Origin: Picochlorum sp. SENEW3
Taxonomy: Eukaryota
Length of the DNA: 64,000 nt
Direction: 5' to 3'
Assembly (NCBI GenBank): GCA_034226945.1
Contig: CP120453.1
Coordinates: 1,054,001 to 1,118,000, forward strand
Below the pieces are notes generated by a model, which ran no database searches, was not told the DNA's origin, and saw nothing but the letters and a program-made list of their open reading frames with translations. This document shows, one piece after another, positions 1 to 11,204 of the stretch (positions are counted from its first letter, which is position 1; each line of letters opens with the position of its first letter). The position numbers were made by a program, and so were the translations under genes.

Positions 1-1645
1 TCGTTACCCTTTTTTCTGTGGCAATTTCCCTCAGGCTTTGAATGAGTGAAAATGCAGAGCTTGAATCCAACCCAGAAGTGGGCTCATCAAGAAAGAGAAC
101 CTTTGGTTTCTGTACCATTTCTAGGCCAATATTCACACGCTTCTTCTGCCCCCCACTAATACCATACTTTGAAGATGGATCCCCGACGAGCTCATTTTGT
201 ACACTTTGCAAATGCAGCAAGCTAATGGTTTCAAACACAGCACGCTGATGGTCTTCCCATGTTGACGAACTCTTCATTCCAAAGCGTGCTGCATACAAAA
301 GGTTCTCTTTCACCGTCAGCGTGGAAAACATGATGTCATCTTGTGGCACATAGCCCAAATTCCCCCTCAAGGCATGCATATTATTCTCTTTGCCATTCAC
401 AAAAATGTGCCCACTTGTCTGCACAGCATACGAAGATGCACGCCCTCCTAATAACGACAAAAGAGAAGACTTTCCGGCCCCTGATGGACCGAGAATAGCC
501 GTGACACTTCGTTTCTCAAACCGACCGGAGACATCAGAGAGCAACACCTTTCTGGTATGACTCACCAGCTCCATACTTATATGAAAAAATGCCACATCAA
601 TATCTGCATCAGCATCTCCATACGATGATACATCTGAATCTGATATGTTATCCGAAGATATTGGCACTGCCGTATCGAACTCAATGCGGTGGTGCTTTTT
701 GGGCGCAACATGCAACCGTGGAGGAAATTCCTTCCACCGTATTCTCAATCTATCCTGATGGGTAATATTCGACATAATCTGGCTGTACTGCTTGGAAACA
801 AACCATATGATTGCCAAAAGCAAGAGCAGTAAAACATCAGCTGACACGCCCCCATAATTGGACAGCGGAACCTCAGTCTTCTCTGGACAGAAGGATCCAA
901 TGGGGCAGGGCTGGGGTGCTACAGATCCTTGCTTACAATAATGCCCCCGAGGACACGCGAGTTTTGTCGTCGTATTTGGACAAAAATACCGTTTTGGGCA
1001 GTACATATTACCACTTCCGTACTTCCATGATTCAACCCCTGGAAACGCATCCTGTGGTATGATACTCCAGGTATCCGCACCACCACAGGGAAGATCCATT
1101 CGCCTCTTATATGCAAACGGTGCACACCAATACGAAGAAGATTCCTGCGGAAAACGCTGTGGTGGAGGACGAGGTGTCGCCCGTAGACACAAACTTCCCT
1201 TTGGACACGGTATCATACAATTCAAACCTCGTGGGCAAAAGTACCCATCACAGCATGGGTGATACTTTGTTCCCTCATCATCATACCCAAAAAATCCAGG
1301 CAAGCATTCTGCTTTATTCACCTCTGCGGCTGGACATGCCGATGTCGAAGGTATTTTCTCAGGATTCTGTGTCAGAAGCATGAATTTATAGTATATTTCA
1401 ATCGCCTCAGGTCCACATAAACTCTTGACCAAGACACTCGAGTTGAAACACACATGGTCTGACATTGACTGTGTTGGAAATTCAAACGACTCCTCCATGG
1501 CACTAGCGATATCCAGTGGATCTCTTCCGAAACAAAACCCAACATGATGCTCAACTTGGTCATACAAGCGATGCAAAATATCCAACCAGGCGTCTCGGGG
1601 ACTGCCCTTTGCTGACACAAGCAAAAGCAACAATAACAACGCCAT
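1..1645 (-). CDS. ABCG (White-type) half-transporter with N-terminal signal peptide and Cys-rich ectodomain (ABCG24/28-like); 3' part lies outside the window
   Basis: Continuous minus frame from ATG 1645 (MALLLLLLLVSAKG), absent from the ORF track because it runs off the edge. Contains CCDGYFCPRG/CPRGHYCKQGS Cys repeats, a TM helix, Walker A GPSGAGKS, GYVPQDD, signature ISGGQKKRV and Walker B LFLDEPTSGLD. Confidence 0.9.
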   Translation of the reverse strand, partial: MALLLLLLLVSAKGSPRDAWLDILHRLYDQVEHHVGFCFGRDPLDIASAMEESFEFPTQSMSDHVCFNSSVLVKSLCGPEAIEIYYKFMLLTQNPEKIPSTSACPAAEVNKAECLPGFFGYDDEGTKYHPCCDGYFCPRGLNCMIPCPKGSLCLRATPRPPPQRFPQESSSYWCAPFAYKRRMDLPCGGADTWSIIPQDAFPGVESWKYGSGNMYCPKRYFCPNTTTKLACPRGHYCKQGSVAPQPCPIGSFCPEKTEVPLSNYGGVSADVLLLLLLAIIWFVSKQYSQIMSNITHQDRLRIRWKEFPPRLHVAPKKHHRIEFDTAVPISSDNISDSDVSSYGDADADIDVAFFHISMELVSHTRKVLLSDVSGRFEKRSVTAILGPSGAGKSSLLSLLGGRASSYAVQTSGHIFVNGKENNMHALRGNLGYVPQDDIMFSTLTVKENLLYAARFGMKSSSTWEDHQRAVFETISLLHLQSVQNELVGDPSSKYGISGGQKKRVNIGLEMVQKPKVLFLDEPTSGLDSSSAFSLIQSLREIATEKRVT

Positions 1646-1852
1646 GGAGACGCAAAACCCTATTACTATGAAACAATATACGCCATATAGTTAATCTAGA
1701 TAGGGTTTGAGAGCTCTAGCGCAGTGATGAAGTGTCATGGTTACAATTTTTCCAACACATGTAATTTCAGTCAACTCGGAATGAATGACGGAGTCTCCAT
1801 ATCCTTCACTCGACTCTGATATACATTTAGTTTATATAAATATACTATATTA

Positions 1853-3102
1853 TCAATGGGCGCGGTCAAGGTACGAGTCTATTCTATGTTTGAGTTGTAC
1901 CATGTCCTTCTTTGCAAGTTGGGCTCCCTGGAATTGAACAGCCAATGCTCCTGCCATGCACGCACATCTGCATGCATCCTTGAGGGGAGCATGTCGTATC
2001 AAAGAATATAAGAATGCTGCACTGAAATGATCTCCAGCACCGATGGTATCTACTACATTGACCTTGTCGGCATGTGAGGACACAATATATGCTGTGTGTG
2101 CTGGGGACCTCGTGTCAAGGGCACCAGCAAGGCAGCCCTGATCACCTCGGCTGACAACCATGGTGAATTGATATCGTTCTACCATGTATGTAATGAAATC
2201 GTGCAGGTACGCTTCTCGAGATACCCCCAGGGCATCCCTCCCAATGAGGGATGCAAACTCTAGTGCTTCGAATTCATTGCAAAACAGCAAATCTATCAAT
2301 TTGTCTTCTAATATCTGCAGGAAAAGTTCAATGAATCCCTTGACAACATCAAAGCTGGCAAAATCAAAGGATATTTTGGATCCTGTGTCCTTCAGATGCC
2401 TCATGGTGTCTACAATGGTCGAGCTCTTGTGAACATAATATCCTTCAAAATGGGTCCAGGTGGGACGCAGCTCATGAATCTCCTGTTCAGATAATGTATG
2501 GTTCATGGAGGCTCTGAGACATGTTCGCATTGTCCGCTGTCCATCAGGGCCAACGAGACACAGGCATACACCATTCCCTCTGGTCTGGTCTATTGATGCA
2601 TATTCCATCCGTACGCCACAGGATGCCATCGCTGATACATACTCCTGACCATTTTGATCACTCCCTAGAGTACCTGAAAAGTTGACAGAGACACAATCGT
2701 TGTCCTCCGATGGCTCGATATGGTCAGGACGCTCCGTCTGAGGGTCTTGTACTGTGCTGCAGGAAGAAAGCCCAGCCAAGCATTTGGCCACATTTGCAGC
2801 CGATCCTCCCGGAATCCTATACATATATGACGAAAATAATGAGATGAATCGGCCATACTATCAATATATCCAACTCTCGCATGCGTGTGACATGCAGTCA
2901 GTCAGCATGTGCCATACCTCGCCACGATCTCAATCTCTTTTAGGCATTTCTCGAGTTCATCTTCATCTATGATATCAGATCCTCCAGCAGAGTATCCAAA
3001 ACGCTCTAGTAAACCCTGTGGTGACTCACATGCAATTATATCAAGTACTGGATCACCAATACATAACACAGTAGCCTTTAAGGGGCTCTGGTTACCATTC
3101 AT
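1853..3102 (-). CDS. PfkB/ribokinase-family carbohydrate kinase, 2 exons
   Basis: Exon 1 (IGDPVLDI) joins exon 2 across GT-AG intron 2917-2817, giving IPGGSAANVA. C-terminal VDTIGAGDHF PfkB signature. Confidence 0.9.
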
Positions 3103-3310
3103 TTCAAGAGATATCGATATATAGTGGACAATGTGGTATATAGATGGAAGAATATGAGGCAGATCAGTGTGTACCTTGTTTGAAATAAAGGCTCCGGTCA
3201 AAAAAATCATTGGATGGGATCAATGTCCCATCTATACGTTGTGTTCTCTTGATGCCTCTTTCATCTCTCGACAAACTGAAGGCAGGCAATACAATGAACA
3301 GAAATAGAAA

Positions 3311-3873
3311 ATGACAATGACCTCTGTGATATATTCGCTGTGGATTGTGGGGAGGAATGGGGGTCTGTTGTTTAGCAAGGTGGGTTTTTTTCATTCACTG
3401 TTTCATTTTTTTTCAACTCCATGTTGTTTCATCCCGATTGGTTTGGATTTTCGTAGGATATACCAGGTCAGAAAGATTCATCAACTCTAGGAATTGATTT
3501 TAATGATAAATTACGGTTGGCGAGTAGTTGGTTTGGGATGTGCGGCATATCGTCTCAGTTGTCACCTCAGCCTTTGAGTCCCTCATGGTCAGGTGGCATG
3601 CACGTGCTCAAGGCGGATACGTTTGATCTCCATAGCTATCAGACTCTGACTGGGACAACGTTCATGATGGTGACGAGCCCAAATTATAGGAATGCGGCTA
3701 GTGTTTTGAAGGATACAGTGTACAAATTGTATTGTGACTATGTGCTCAAGAATCCGTTTTATGAGGCAGATCAGGTGATCAAGAGCAGTTTATTCGATCA
3801 AAAGATAGTAGAATCGCTTTCAAGATATTCAATAGGAGCATCTGGGGTGGCATCTGCGCCACTCGCTGCATAA
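3311..3873 (+). CDS. TRS23: TRAPP complex subunit Trs23/TRAPPC4 (sybindin family), 2 exons
   Basis: Exon 1 MTMTSVIYSLWIVGRNGGLLFSK, intron 3380-3456, then FDLHSYQTLTGT and VYKLYCDYVLKNPFYE motifs. Confidence 0.85.
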
Positions 3874-3953
3874 ATATCACATTTATTACAATTCAACAAC
3901 GATATTATGTGTGCGTCTTTTCAGGGAAAAAACATGAGGGTTTCAGACGTGTT

Positions 3954-5501
3954 CTACCAAGATGGCAACTCTCGAATGTCCACTCGTTCAAACTTTGATG
4001 CGCGGGGCTTGTGTCTCTTTCTGGATGTGTCTCTCAGGGCGACTTGGTCCTCGAAAACATCCTCTTCTTCCTCTACAGCCCTCCTATTGGTATTCCTTCT
4101 TCTCTTACTCAAAGAGTCTTCAAATGAGCTGATAATATTTCTATCATCGTCTTGGAAGGCGTCTTCTTCTTCATCATCCAATCTGTTCTTACGAGTATGT
4201 GTTCTGGTCTTGCTATGCCATGCCGTGCGCTGAGGCATGTCTTCCTGCTCCTCGTCCTCCTCCTCCTCGTCTGCAAACCTATGTTTCCGTGGTGGACTCT
4301 TTCTGCGTCCAGTACCTGACCCGCGTGTTCTACTAGGAGCTTTTTTAGAGGATATTGGAGAAGGACGATACGTAGATTTCACATGGCTAGCCTTCTTTGA
4401 TGGCCTTTTTGGTTTCTCATACCTGGTGAATGATGTTGTAATGTCTTCTTCTTCTTCTTCCTCGTCCTCCTCTGCTTCTTCCTGGTCTTCCTCGTCGTCC
4501 AGATTCAAGATAGCTGTCACATCGTCTTCATTGTTAATAATATCTTCATCGTCAACAATATCGTCGTCTTGCTGGAAAAGACCATACTGTTGCTCTTCAT
4601 CTTCCTCAGGCTGCTCCTCATCAAGTCCTTCATCATCCTCTGGCTCAAACACATCATCGTCTGCCTCCTCCTCCTCATTGCCAAACACCTCATCTTCGTC
4701 CTTCTCTTGTTCCTCGTCATCTCCTGGCTCCAGCAGGCCATCATCACTTGCCTTGGCCAAGGAGCCATCCTCTTCTTCTTCTTCTTCTTCTTCCTCACCC
4801 ATCATCATCATCTCATTCCCTTCCTTGTACATCGGCATGACCATCTCAGCCATATCATCACTCAGCGTAAAACTCACAGGCGATTTCATTATCTTCATCT
4901 CCGTCCCATACTCGGGATGCACCACAGTCTTGACCACCTGGACCGCAATCAAATCTGTAGAGACAAAATCGTCCACCATACCCACCACGGTATGCGCGTT
5001 CGACCACTCATCATGGTCCAACAATGCAATGTAAAATTCTCCCGTAGGAGGAATCACGACCACATCACCAGCCACAATCCTCCTCCTACCCTCCTTCTTT
5101 GTAGGCAATGGAATACTCTTCCCAAAAGATCCCTGCAACAGACCATATGGAGGCCCTTTCGAACCCCTTCCCTTTGGTCGAGCCTCAGCTCTGTAGAACT
5201 GGCACTTGGAGCACCTATCGCTTCTCAACGCAGCCGCCTTGATCAATGCAGCGGTCGTCTTTGGAGCATTCTTGGTCAACAGAGACACATGGATGGGCCC
5301 ATACGGAGTCAGCAAAGATATCCTCTTGGTTTCGGGCAATACACCGCCAGTATACCTTTTACTACGTCTATTGGTGTCTAAACTGCTGTGTAAACCTTCC
5401 CCACCCGTTCTTCTGTTGGGGATCCGTGCTGCGAAAGACGGTGACAGCAAAAGTGTCAAAAATAACACAATCTGCACTAGAATTGTGCACACGCGATTCA
5501 T
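3954..5501 (-). CDS. Signal-peptide protein with divergent cyclophilin-like domain and long Asp/Glu-rich tail
   Basis: 515-aa ORF. Hydrophobic N-terminus; TPYGPIHVSLLTKNAPKT, FYRAE, GPPYGLLQG and HDEWSNAHTVVGMV resemble plant cyclophilin-like proteins. Confidence 0.7.
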   Translation of the reverse strand: MNRVCTILVQIVLFLTLLLSPSFAARIPNRRTGGEGLHSSLDTNRRSKRYTGGVLPETKRISLLTPYGPIHVSLLTKNAPKTTAALIKAAALRSDRCSKCQFYRAEARPKGRGSKGPPYGLLQGSFGKSIPLPTKKEGRRRIVAGDVVVIPPTGEFYIALLDHDEWSNAHTVVGMVDDFVSTDLIAVQVVKTVVHPEYGTEMKIMKSPVSFTLSDDMAEMVMPMYKEGNEMMMMGEEEEEEEEEDGSLAKASDDGLLEPGDDEEQEKDEDEVFGNEEEEADDDVFEPEDDEGLDEEQPEEDEEQQYGLFQQDDDIVDDEDIINNEDDVTAILNLDDEEDQEEAEEDEEEEEEDITTSFTRYEKPKRPSKKASHVKSTYRPSPISSKKAPSRTRGSGTGRRKSPPRKHRFADEEEEDEEQEDMPQRTAWHSKTRTHTRKNRLDDEEEDAFQDDDRNIISSFEDSLSKRRRNTNRRAVEEEEDVFEDQVALRDTSRKRHKPRASKFERVDIRELPSW

Positions 5502-5862
5502 ATTTCGCCTTTATATTCCTAAAAATAGTTCTTTTCGCAGAATATCCTAATATCTTACGTTGCAACCCTACACCGGAAGAAACGCATCGATCGAATTTGA
5601 CATGCCCATCAGACGACTGCTTTGACCGTATATTGTGTACTGCACAGCATTGTCACCTTGACCACCAGCATATATGCCGTGTACATGATGGAATCCACAG
5701 CGATGAATAGCCAGTGATACATAAAATATGGTATGCATACCTCTGGGTCTGGAAGGATCTCACATTGTGGGTTCGGGTGTGGCCTACTCACTGGCTCAAG
5801 GCTATTGAAATATCGTACGACTCTGATTGTTACCAGGTTTCACATGGGATTGTAAGCATCGT

Positions 5863-8445
5863 ATGATTGAGGGGATGATAAGGGGATCCAGCATCAGGAG
5901 TGACGCATATTGCTGGTCTTTGTGCTCACGGAACTCATGGCATGTGCTCTTTCGTATATCTTTTCGTCACGGCTGTTTGTCTCAGCATGGTGGTGGAGTA
6001 GCACGCAATCATAACCATCGATTCATCAAGATTCGATGTAATGGGTGTGAGAAAGATGATGCCTGCCCTGTTGAAGTTGAGCAAGGGCGTTTGTGGGAAG
6101 CTTGTGTTGAACTCTTGTCTGGGGACATGGAGCGTGTTGATTTGAGTGTATTTGACGGTGTCGATCAGACAATTGTGGCACAAGGGATTTTGAAATATCT
6201 TCATAATGCACGGAATGTAGAACGGGTTGTGAATGTGCTTCTGTGTCTTCGGCATGCTGGTGTGTTGGGTTCACAGGTTGGATTCACCCAGAGTAGTAGT
6301 AATAGGGATGTGCATGCGTATGGGTTTCTTCGATATCGCTTGAAGGCGCCAGAGTGTGGAACAAATTATTATAACTACAATGTTCAGGAGAATAGCGATC
6401 TTGATTTGTTGTACGACAAGGTGATATTCATGGCACACAGATCACATAGGTTGGGCCTGATTGATGCTGTGTTTGATATGGCCTTGATTGATGGATGTCG
6501 AGTTTCGAGTAAAATGGTTGGAAGATTGGCGTCTTGTTTACGAGAATATGATGGAGAAAAGGCATATTATTTTTATTGCGATGCGGTTGAGAGAGGTTGG
6601 CGATTGGATGCGTTTGCATACAAGTCGATTGTGATCAACATGTTGGCAGGTATGGCATCCTGATGATACCACTGATCTGCATTCATGGGTTTGTATGCTA
6701 TGATCTTTATCAATGTGTATGTAGATGGAACGCAGTATTGGAATATGTGCATGGATATTCTTCAGAGATTCCACATGTCCATGCCGTATTTTCTAGAGAC
6801 AAATCTCCACACATCAATTGCTGTCACGTGTGGTAAAAATGGATGGTTTGAAGAGATGATTGATTTATATTACGCGATGCTGCGCGATGGAGTTGAGCCG
6901 AATACGATAACCTGGAATGCGTTTATAACAGCATGCCAGAGATTGCACAAGCCTCGTGTTGGGTTTGAATTTGGAGATGCCATGAGGGCCATGGATGTGC
7001 CCATGGATGTCAACACATATTCGTCGCTTTTGGCATGCGCAGCGGCTATGCGAGATGAAACATTAGTGATACAGACATGGAATTCAATGATAGATGATAA
7101 TGTTAGGCCAGATAGGATTGTATGTGGAGGATATATGTGGGCGTTGTTAGAGTCGAGTAGACCAGATCTTGCTGTTGACGTGTTTGAGAAGTGGAAGAGG
7201 GATGGCAGGCCTCCTGGATCGAGTGAGACTCATTCTATTGAGTTGGAATATTTTCACCAAGTATCAAAACAGCTGGAGCAGGAGGAGAAATGGAGTATGC
7301 ATCGCAAAGCCCTCCGGATACAAAGGTGGATGAGGTCACAAGGGGTCAAGCCAGAGAGTATCGGGTTGAAACACGTTGTAGACAAGGGGAAGAATTCGAC
7401 AGGGTTGTGGAAACAGGCTGCCATGTTGGCAAAAATGTATTTACCTTTAGATTCTGCAGATCTGCTGCCATCAGTTGCCGCGTACAGTTTTGCAATAATA
7501 GGATATCATAGGCTTCGAGATGAAGCAAAGGGGCTGGAACTTGCAAGGGAGTTTGAGAAGTTGGAGATGCAGAGGTCGACTGCTGAATACGCGACTGCAT
7601 TAAACGCATGTGCGCATATAAATGCATTGGAGCCTGCATTGAAATTAATTAAGAGAGCGAGGGGATCTGGAGTGAAATTGTCACCTCAGGCTTTTACATC
7701 AGCTATTAGCATTTGCTCAGCCAGAGGGAGTGCAGATTCAGCTCTTTGGTTGCTCAGGGAAATGACCTCAAGTGGAATAAAGCCCAATGAACACACGATT
7801 AATTGTGTTTTGACCGTTTGTGGTGCTACAGGCCGTGTTTCGGGAGCTTTGAAATTGTTCCAGTCGATGGAGGCTAGCTTTGGAGTCAAACCTGACATGG
7901 TGTGTTTTGCAACCATGTGGGAGATTCTCGGTGCGCGGGGAAACTGGTGGGAAGCTGCCATCTTTTATCTTGTTGGAGAAGGTTACGTTGAAGCATCTGT
8001 ATGGCCATATGCCAGGTTCATTGGATCAGACGGGATTTTGACATCAATCGACCTCCATTTGTTTTCGGTTGTTGGATCTAAAATGGTGATACGAATTTGG
8101 CTATTGCTGCTCAGGGATGCACATCGAAGAGGAGGTCTCCAAGACAACCAGCGACTTGCAATAATTACTGGGAGAGGAAAGAATAGTCCAGATGGTCAGT
8201 CGCGAATCAAGCCAAGCATTGAGGAATTTTTATCGGAAGGACTGGGAGTCAAGATTCCGTGGTATGTTGAGAAGGCTAACAAAGGACAAATTTGTATCAA
8301 GTCTGCAGACTTAAAGTCGTGGTTTGAAAATGAAATGTCGAGCATTGGCCTCGGCTCTCCTGCTGATGAAGATGTGATTCTCAAGATTTGCAGAAACAGC
8401 ACGAATGCAGACTTGACACTGTTGCAGCAGGTCCAAGTACAATAG
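5863..8445 (+). CDS. PPR-SMR protein (organellar RNA binding), 2 exons
   Basis: ORFs 5827-6663 and 6685-8445 join in frame via intron 6650-6724. PPR repeats (GVEPNTITWNAFITAC, GIKPNEHTINCVL) and SMR motifs IDLH and IITGRGKNS. Start codon uncertain. Confidence 0.9.
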
Positions 8446-8504
8446 TGTAGGTTTTTACAATCAATAGTACTAATTTCATTTATTTATAATATAAATTCGT
8501 TCCT

Positions 8505-10739
8505 TCAGTCTTCTCTATGCGTCAGCATTTGTTGAAAAAATGTCATGTATTTTGGGAAAGAGTCAATCAGTTTCAAAGGGAGGCAGAAGCCATCAAAGGC
8601 AATGCCAACTTTTGAACCTTTTTGAGGAAAACCAGTCGGAAACTTGGGATATCTTTGGCTGAAATGTGTCAAAACTGTCCTGGATGCATTCATTCTATCC
8701 GACACATCGACTGCTTCGTCCAGGGTGCTATGTCTCTTTCTCCGAGCATCCTGGATCATCTCTGGTTCAAATGTGGCTTCGTGAATCAACAAATCTGCAC
8801 CCTCCCCATCTCTCACCAGCTTGTCACATGGTTCTGTATCTCCTGAATACACCAGCTTAAAAGAGTCCGAAAACACAAATGACACACCATACGCATCTGC
8901 ACAGTGACGCACGGGAATGCATTGTATTGTTGCTCCTCCAATCTGTTTTAGCATCCTCTTGCAGGCTGATGAATCCACATCTGATACATGCTCTATTCTG
9001 AACGCAGGAAAATCTACCAACTTTTTTAATCCCAACATCCATCGAATACATGACTTGGGGCCTTGTAGAAGCACTTCCTCTGAATCCTTTGGCCGCATGG
9101 ACAAGAGCTCTGCCAAACCAGACATGTGGTCTGCATGCCGATGAGAAATCCATATCAATTTCAGCTTTGAAATCCTATCTCTTGCGCCTTGGAAACCATA
9201 CAGTCGAACCATCTGGCCAAAAGTACCTTCACCGCAATCCAAAAGCACATATGCCTCCCCGACCATACCAGGTACATCAACCAGAATCCCACTGGGCCCT
9301 CGGTATTTGGACGGTTCTGCTGAGCCAGTCCCAAAGAAGGTTACACAGGGCCCTGAAATCATGTCAGCAAACACTGCGGCATCAGATGTCTCCGCCATCG
9401 TATCAGAATTTCGTTTACGTTTTAACATCCGGTCCTTGAGTACCTGTGCTGCAGACAAATTGCTCGTCTTTTGTCCTTTAAAACTAGCTTGCATCAATGT
9501 CTTTGTCTCATCTTGCAAGCATCGCAAAGCAGATACATCTATGGAATCCCTCAGTCTTTGATTATCCTTTAAATCTCTCAAATTATCGATACTATCTGAA
9601 GATTCATACTTTACACACTGCATGTCATCGCTCTGAACGTATATCGCCTGAGAAATAGGTCCAAATATCTTTCCGTCCGCTCCATGCCCATTACAATTCA
9701 TCCTCTCCCCTTTCAACAAGGGCTTCCATGCAAATGGAAGTGGAAACATATATGGACAGATGGCATTCAATTTGGAAGACACTTTTGCAGTGGAATCAAA
9801 CCCAAGGCGATGATCTGCCAATGTAGAAGGGTGGCGACATGCAGATGCAACTGTACTCACCAACACCACTGTATCAGTGCTGTCACGAGACATGAGGCCA
9901 CCATCCTCTTTCAAACATGCAGCATCCATTATTTCCTCTTTCGTAAAAGGACTAGAAATGACTGTTAGACATCGTTTGGATGTATCTGTAGAACACTGAA
10001 GCACAACAGGATGTTGCACAAGCTCTTTGATCTGGTCAACACTATCCAAAAGCCCTGACACAAGAATCATATCCTTTGCCTCTTTCAAAACGCAAAGATA
10101 TCCCAAAATTGTCTTTGTACACACTGAATTGGCTTTTTTTCTAGCCCATATATTGCCCTGTCGACTATTCTGGAGCTTGTCATAGCGTCTGTTGAAAATA
10201 CAATGTTCTGTGCTGGAAGGGCTCGGTGCCAGTCCACTCAACTGACTCAACACCATTGCCTTGTCGTACGTCGACTCTTGAAAAAAACTGTCATGAAAAT
10301 CTCGCACAATAGGATGTACAATGATATTCTCGTCCTCGTACATGGCATCTGCAGAAGGCTTGGGGTCTATTTCTGATACCAAGACTGATGGATTCTTCCA
10401 AAAACACACATGAGTCAATGCCTCGACATATGTCACACAGTCCCGTGGACCAAACAACTCAAACGCCCCATGGCCTTCTCCTCTCAGTCGCATCAGAAGT
10501 CCAGGCAGCCCGTGACATTCATGACCCAATCCAGTCAAAAAGACGCCCCTCAGTCCCAACCCAGGGCGCAACTTGTGCTCCAATACAAATCGAGAAAACC
10601 CTTCTGGAACATTAAATAGGTACTGAGATGGTATGATTCCTTTAACTGTCAGTATCACTGATGGATTTAATCCATCATTTGGTGCAGTAGCAACGTCCAA
10701 CCGGAAAGAGCCTCGATGTCTCCCAAGATTTGAAGACAT
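8505..10739 (-). CDS. TRZ: tRNase Z long form (RNase Z/ELAC2-like)
   Basis: YLFNVPEGFSR, GTGSAEPSKYR, LLDCGEGT, SHRHADH, YSGDT, LIHEATF, KRHST, LTHFSQRYPK. Confidence 0.92.
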   Translation of the reverse strand: MSSNLGRHRGSFRLDVATAPNDGLNPSVILTVKGIIPSQYLFNVPEGFSRFVLEHKLRPGLGLRGVFLTGLGHECHGLPGLLMRLRGEGHGAFELFGPRDCVTYVEALTHVCFWKNPSVLVSEIDPKPSADAMYEDENIIVHPIVRDFHDSFFQESTYDKAMVLSQLSGLAPSPSSTEHCIFNRRYDKLQNSRQGNIWARKKANSVCTKTILGYLCVLKEAKDMILVSGLLDSVDQIKELVQHPVVLQCSTDTSKRCLTVISSPFTKEEIMDAACLKEDGGLMSRDSTDTVVLVSTVASACRHPSTLADHRLGFDSTAKVSSKLNAICPYMFPLPFAWKPLLKGERMNCNGHGADGKIFGPISQAIYVQSDDMQCVKYESSDSIDNLRDLKDNQRLRDSIDVSALRCLQDETKTLMQASFKGQKTSNLSAAQVLKDRMLKRKRNSDTMAETSDAAVFADMISGPCVTFFGTGSAEPSKYRGPSGILVDVPGMVGEAYVLLDCGEGTFGQMVRLYGFQGARDRISKLKLIWISHRHADHMSGLAELLSMRPKDSEEVLLQGPKSCIRWMLGLKKLVDFPAFRIEHVSDVDSSACKRMLKQIGGATIQCIPVRHCADAYGVSFVFSDSFKLVYSGDTEPCDKLVRDGEGADLLIHEATFEPEMIQDARRKRHSTLDEAVDVSDRMNASRTVLTHFSQRYPKFPTGFPQKGSKVGIAFDGFCLPLKLIDSFPKYMTFFQQMLTHRED

Positions 10740-11204
10740 GCCAAAAGGTGTCGTCCTTTTCTGGACAGATTTGAACGGCTTGTATTGTTATATAACCATT
10801 ATAAAGGGTAAAATCCTTTCAATTTACATATCTGATGGCCAGAATGCGAACAGACCTCATGTACTTGCATGCCAGTTGCGACATGCTCATGATCCGAATA
10901 GTTCATCGGTCAATGATTCTTTTTGATGGGAACAGAGTTCCTGCCTGTTCCTCATCACTGGACCCAGTATTTCAGATGCACGCGTCATTTGGCTGAATAC
11001 CAATAAGGTACTACTTAATTATTTTCATATACTATTTCATTAGAGTACTGAAGGATTGTCAAAAGGCGGAGCAGACTGCTGTATTGGTGAAACTCTTTAT
11101 TGCAGTTGTGAGCTTTTTGTTTTTAAGCAAACGGAGTCGTATTTGGCCCTATTACGGTATGGTGGGGCTGCATTGTATATAAAAACGCTAAAAATTGAAA
11201 ACAG

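Noticed and set aside
811..1620. Several short ORFs upstream of the ABC domain
   Set aside because: They are shadows of the continuous minus-strand ABCG frame starting at 1645.
4237..5381. Long poly-Ser and hydrophobic + strand ORFs
   Set aside because: Antisense shadows of the Glu/Asp-rich coding sequence.
5827..6724. Apparent split or frameshift (or Sec TGA) between ORFs 5827-6663 and 6685-8445
   Set aside because: A canonical GT-AG intron 6650-6724 joins them in frame and contains the TGA.
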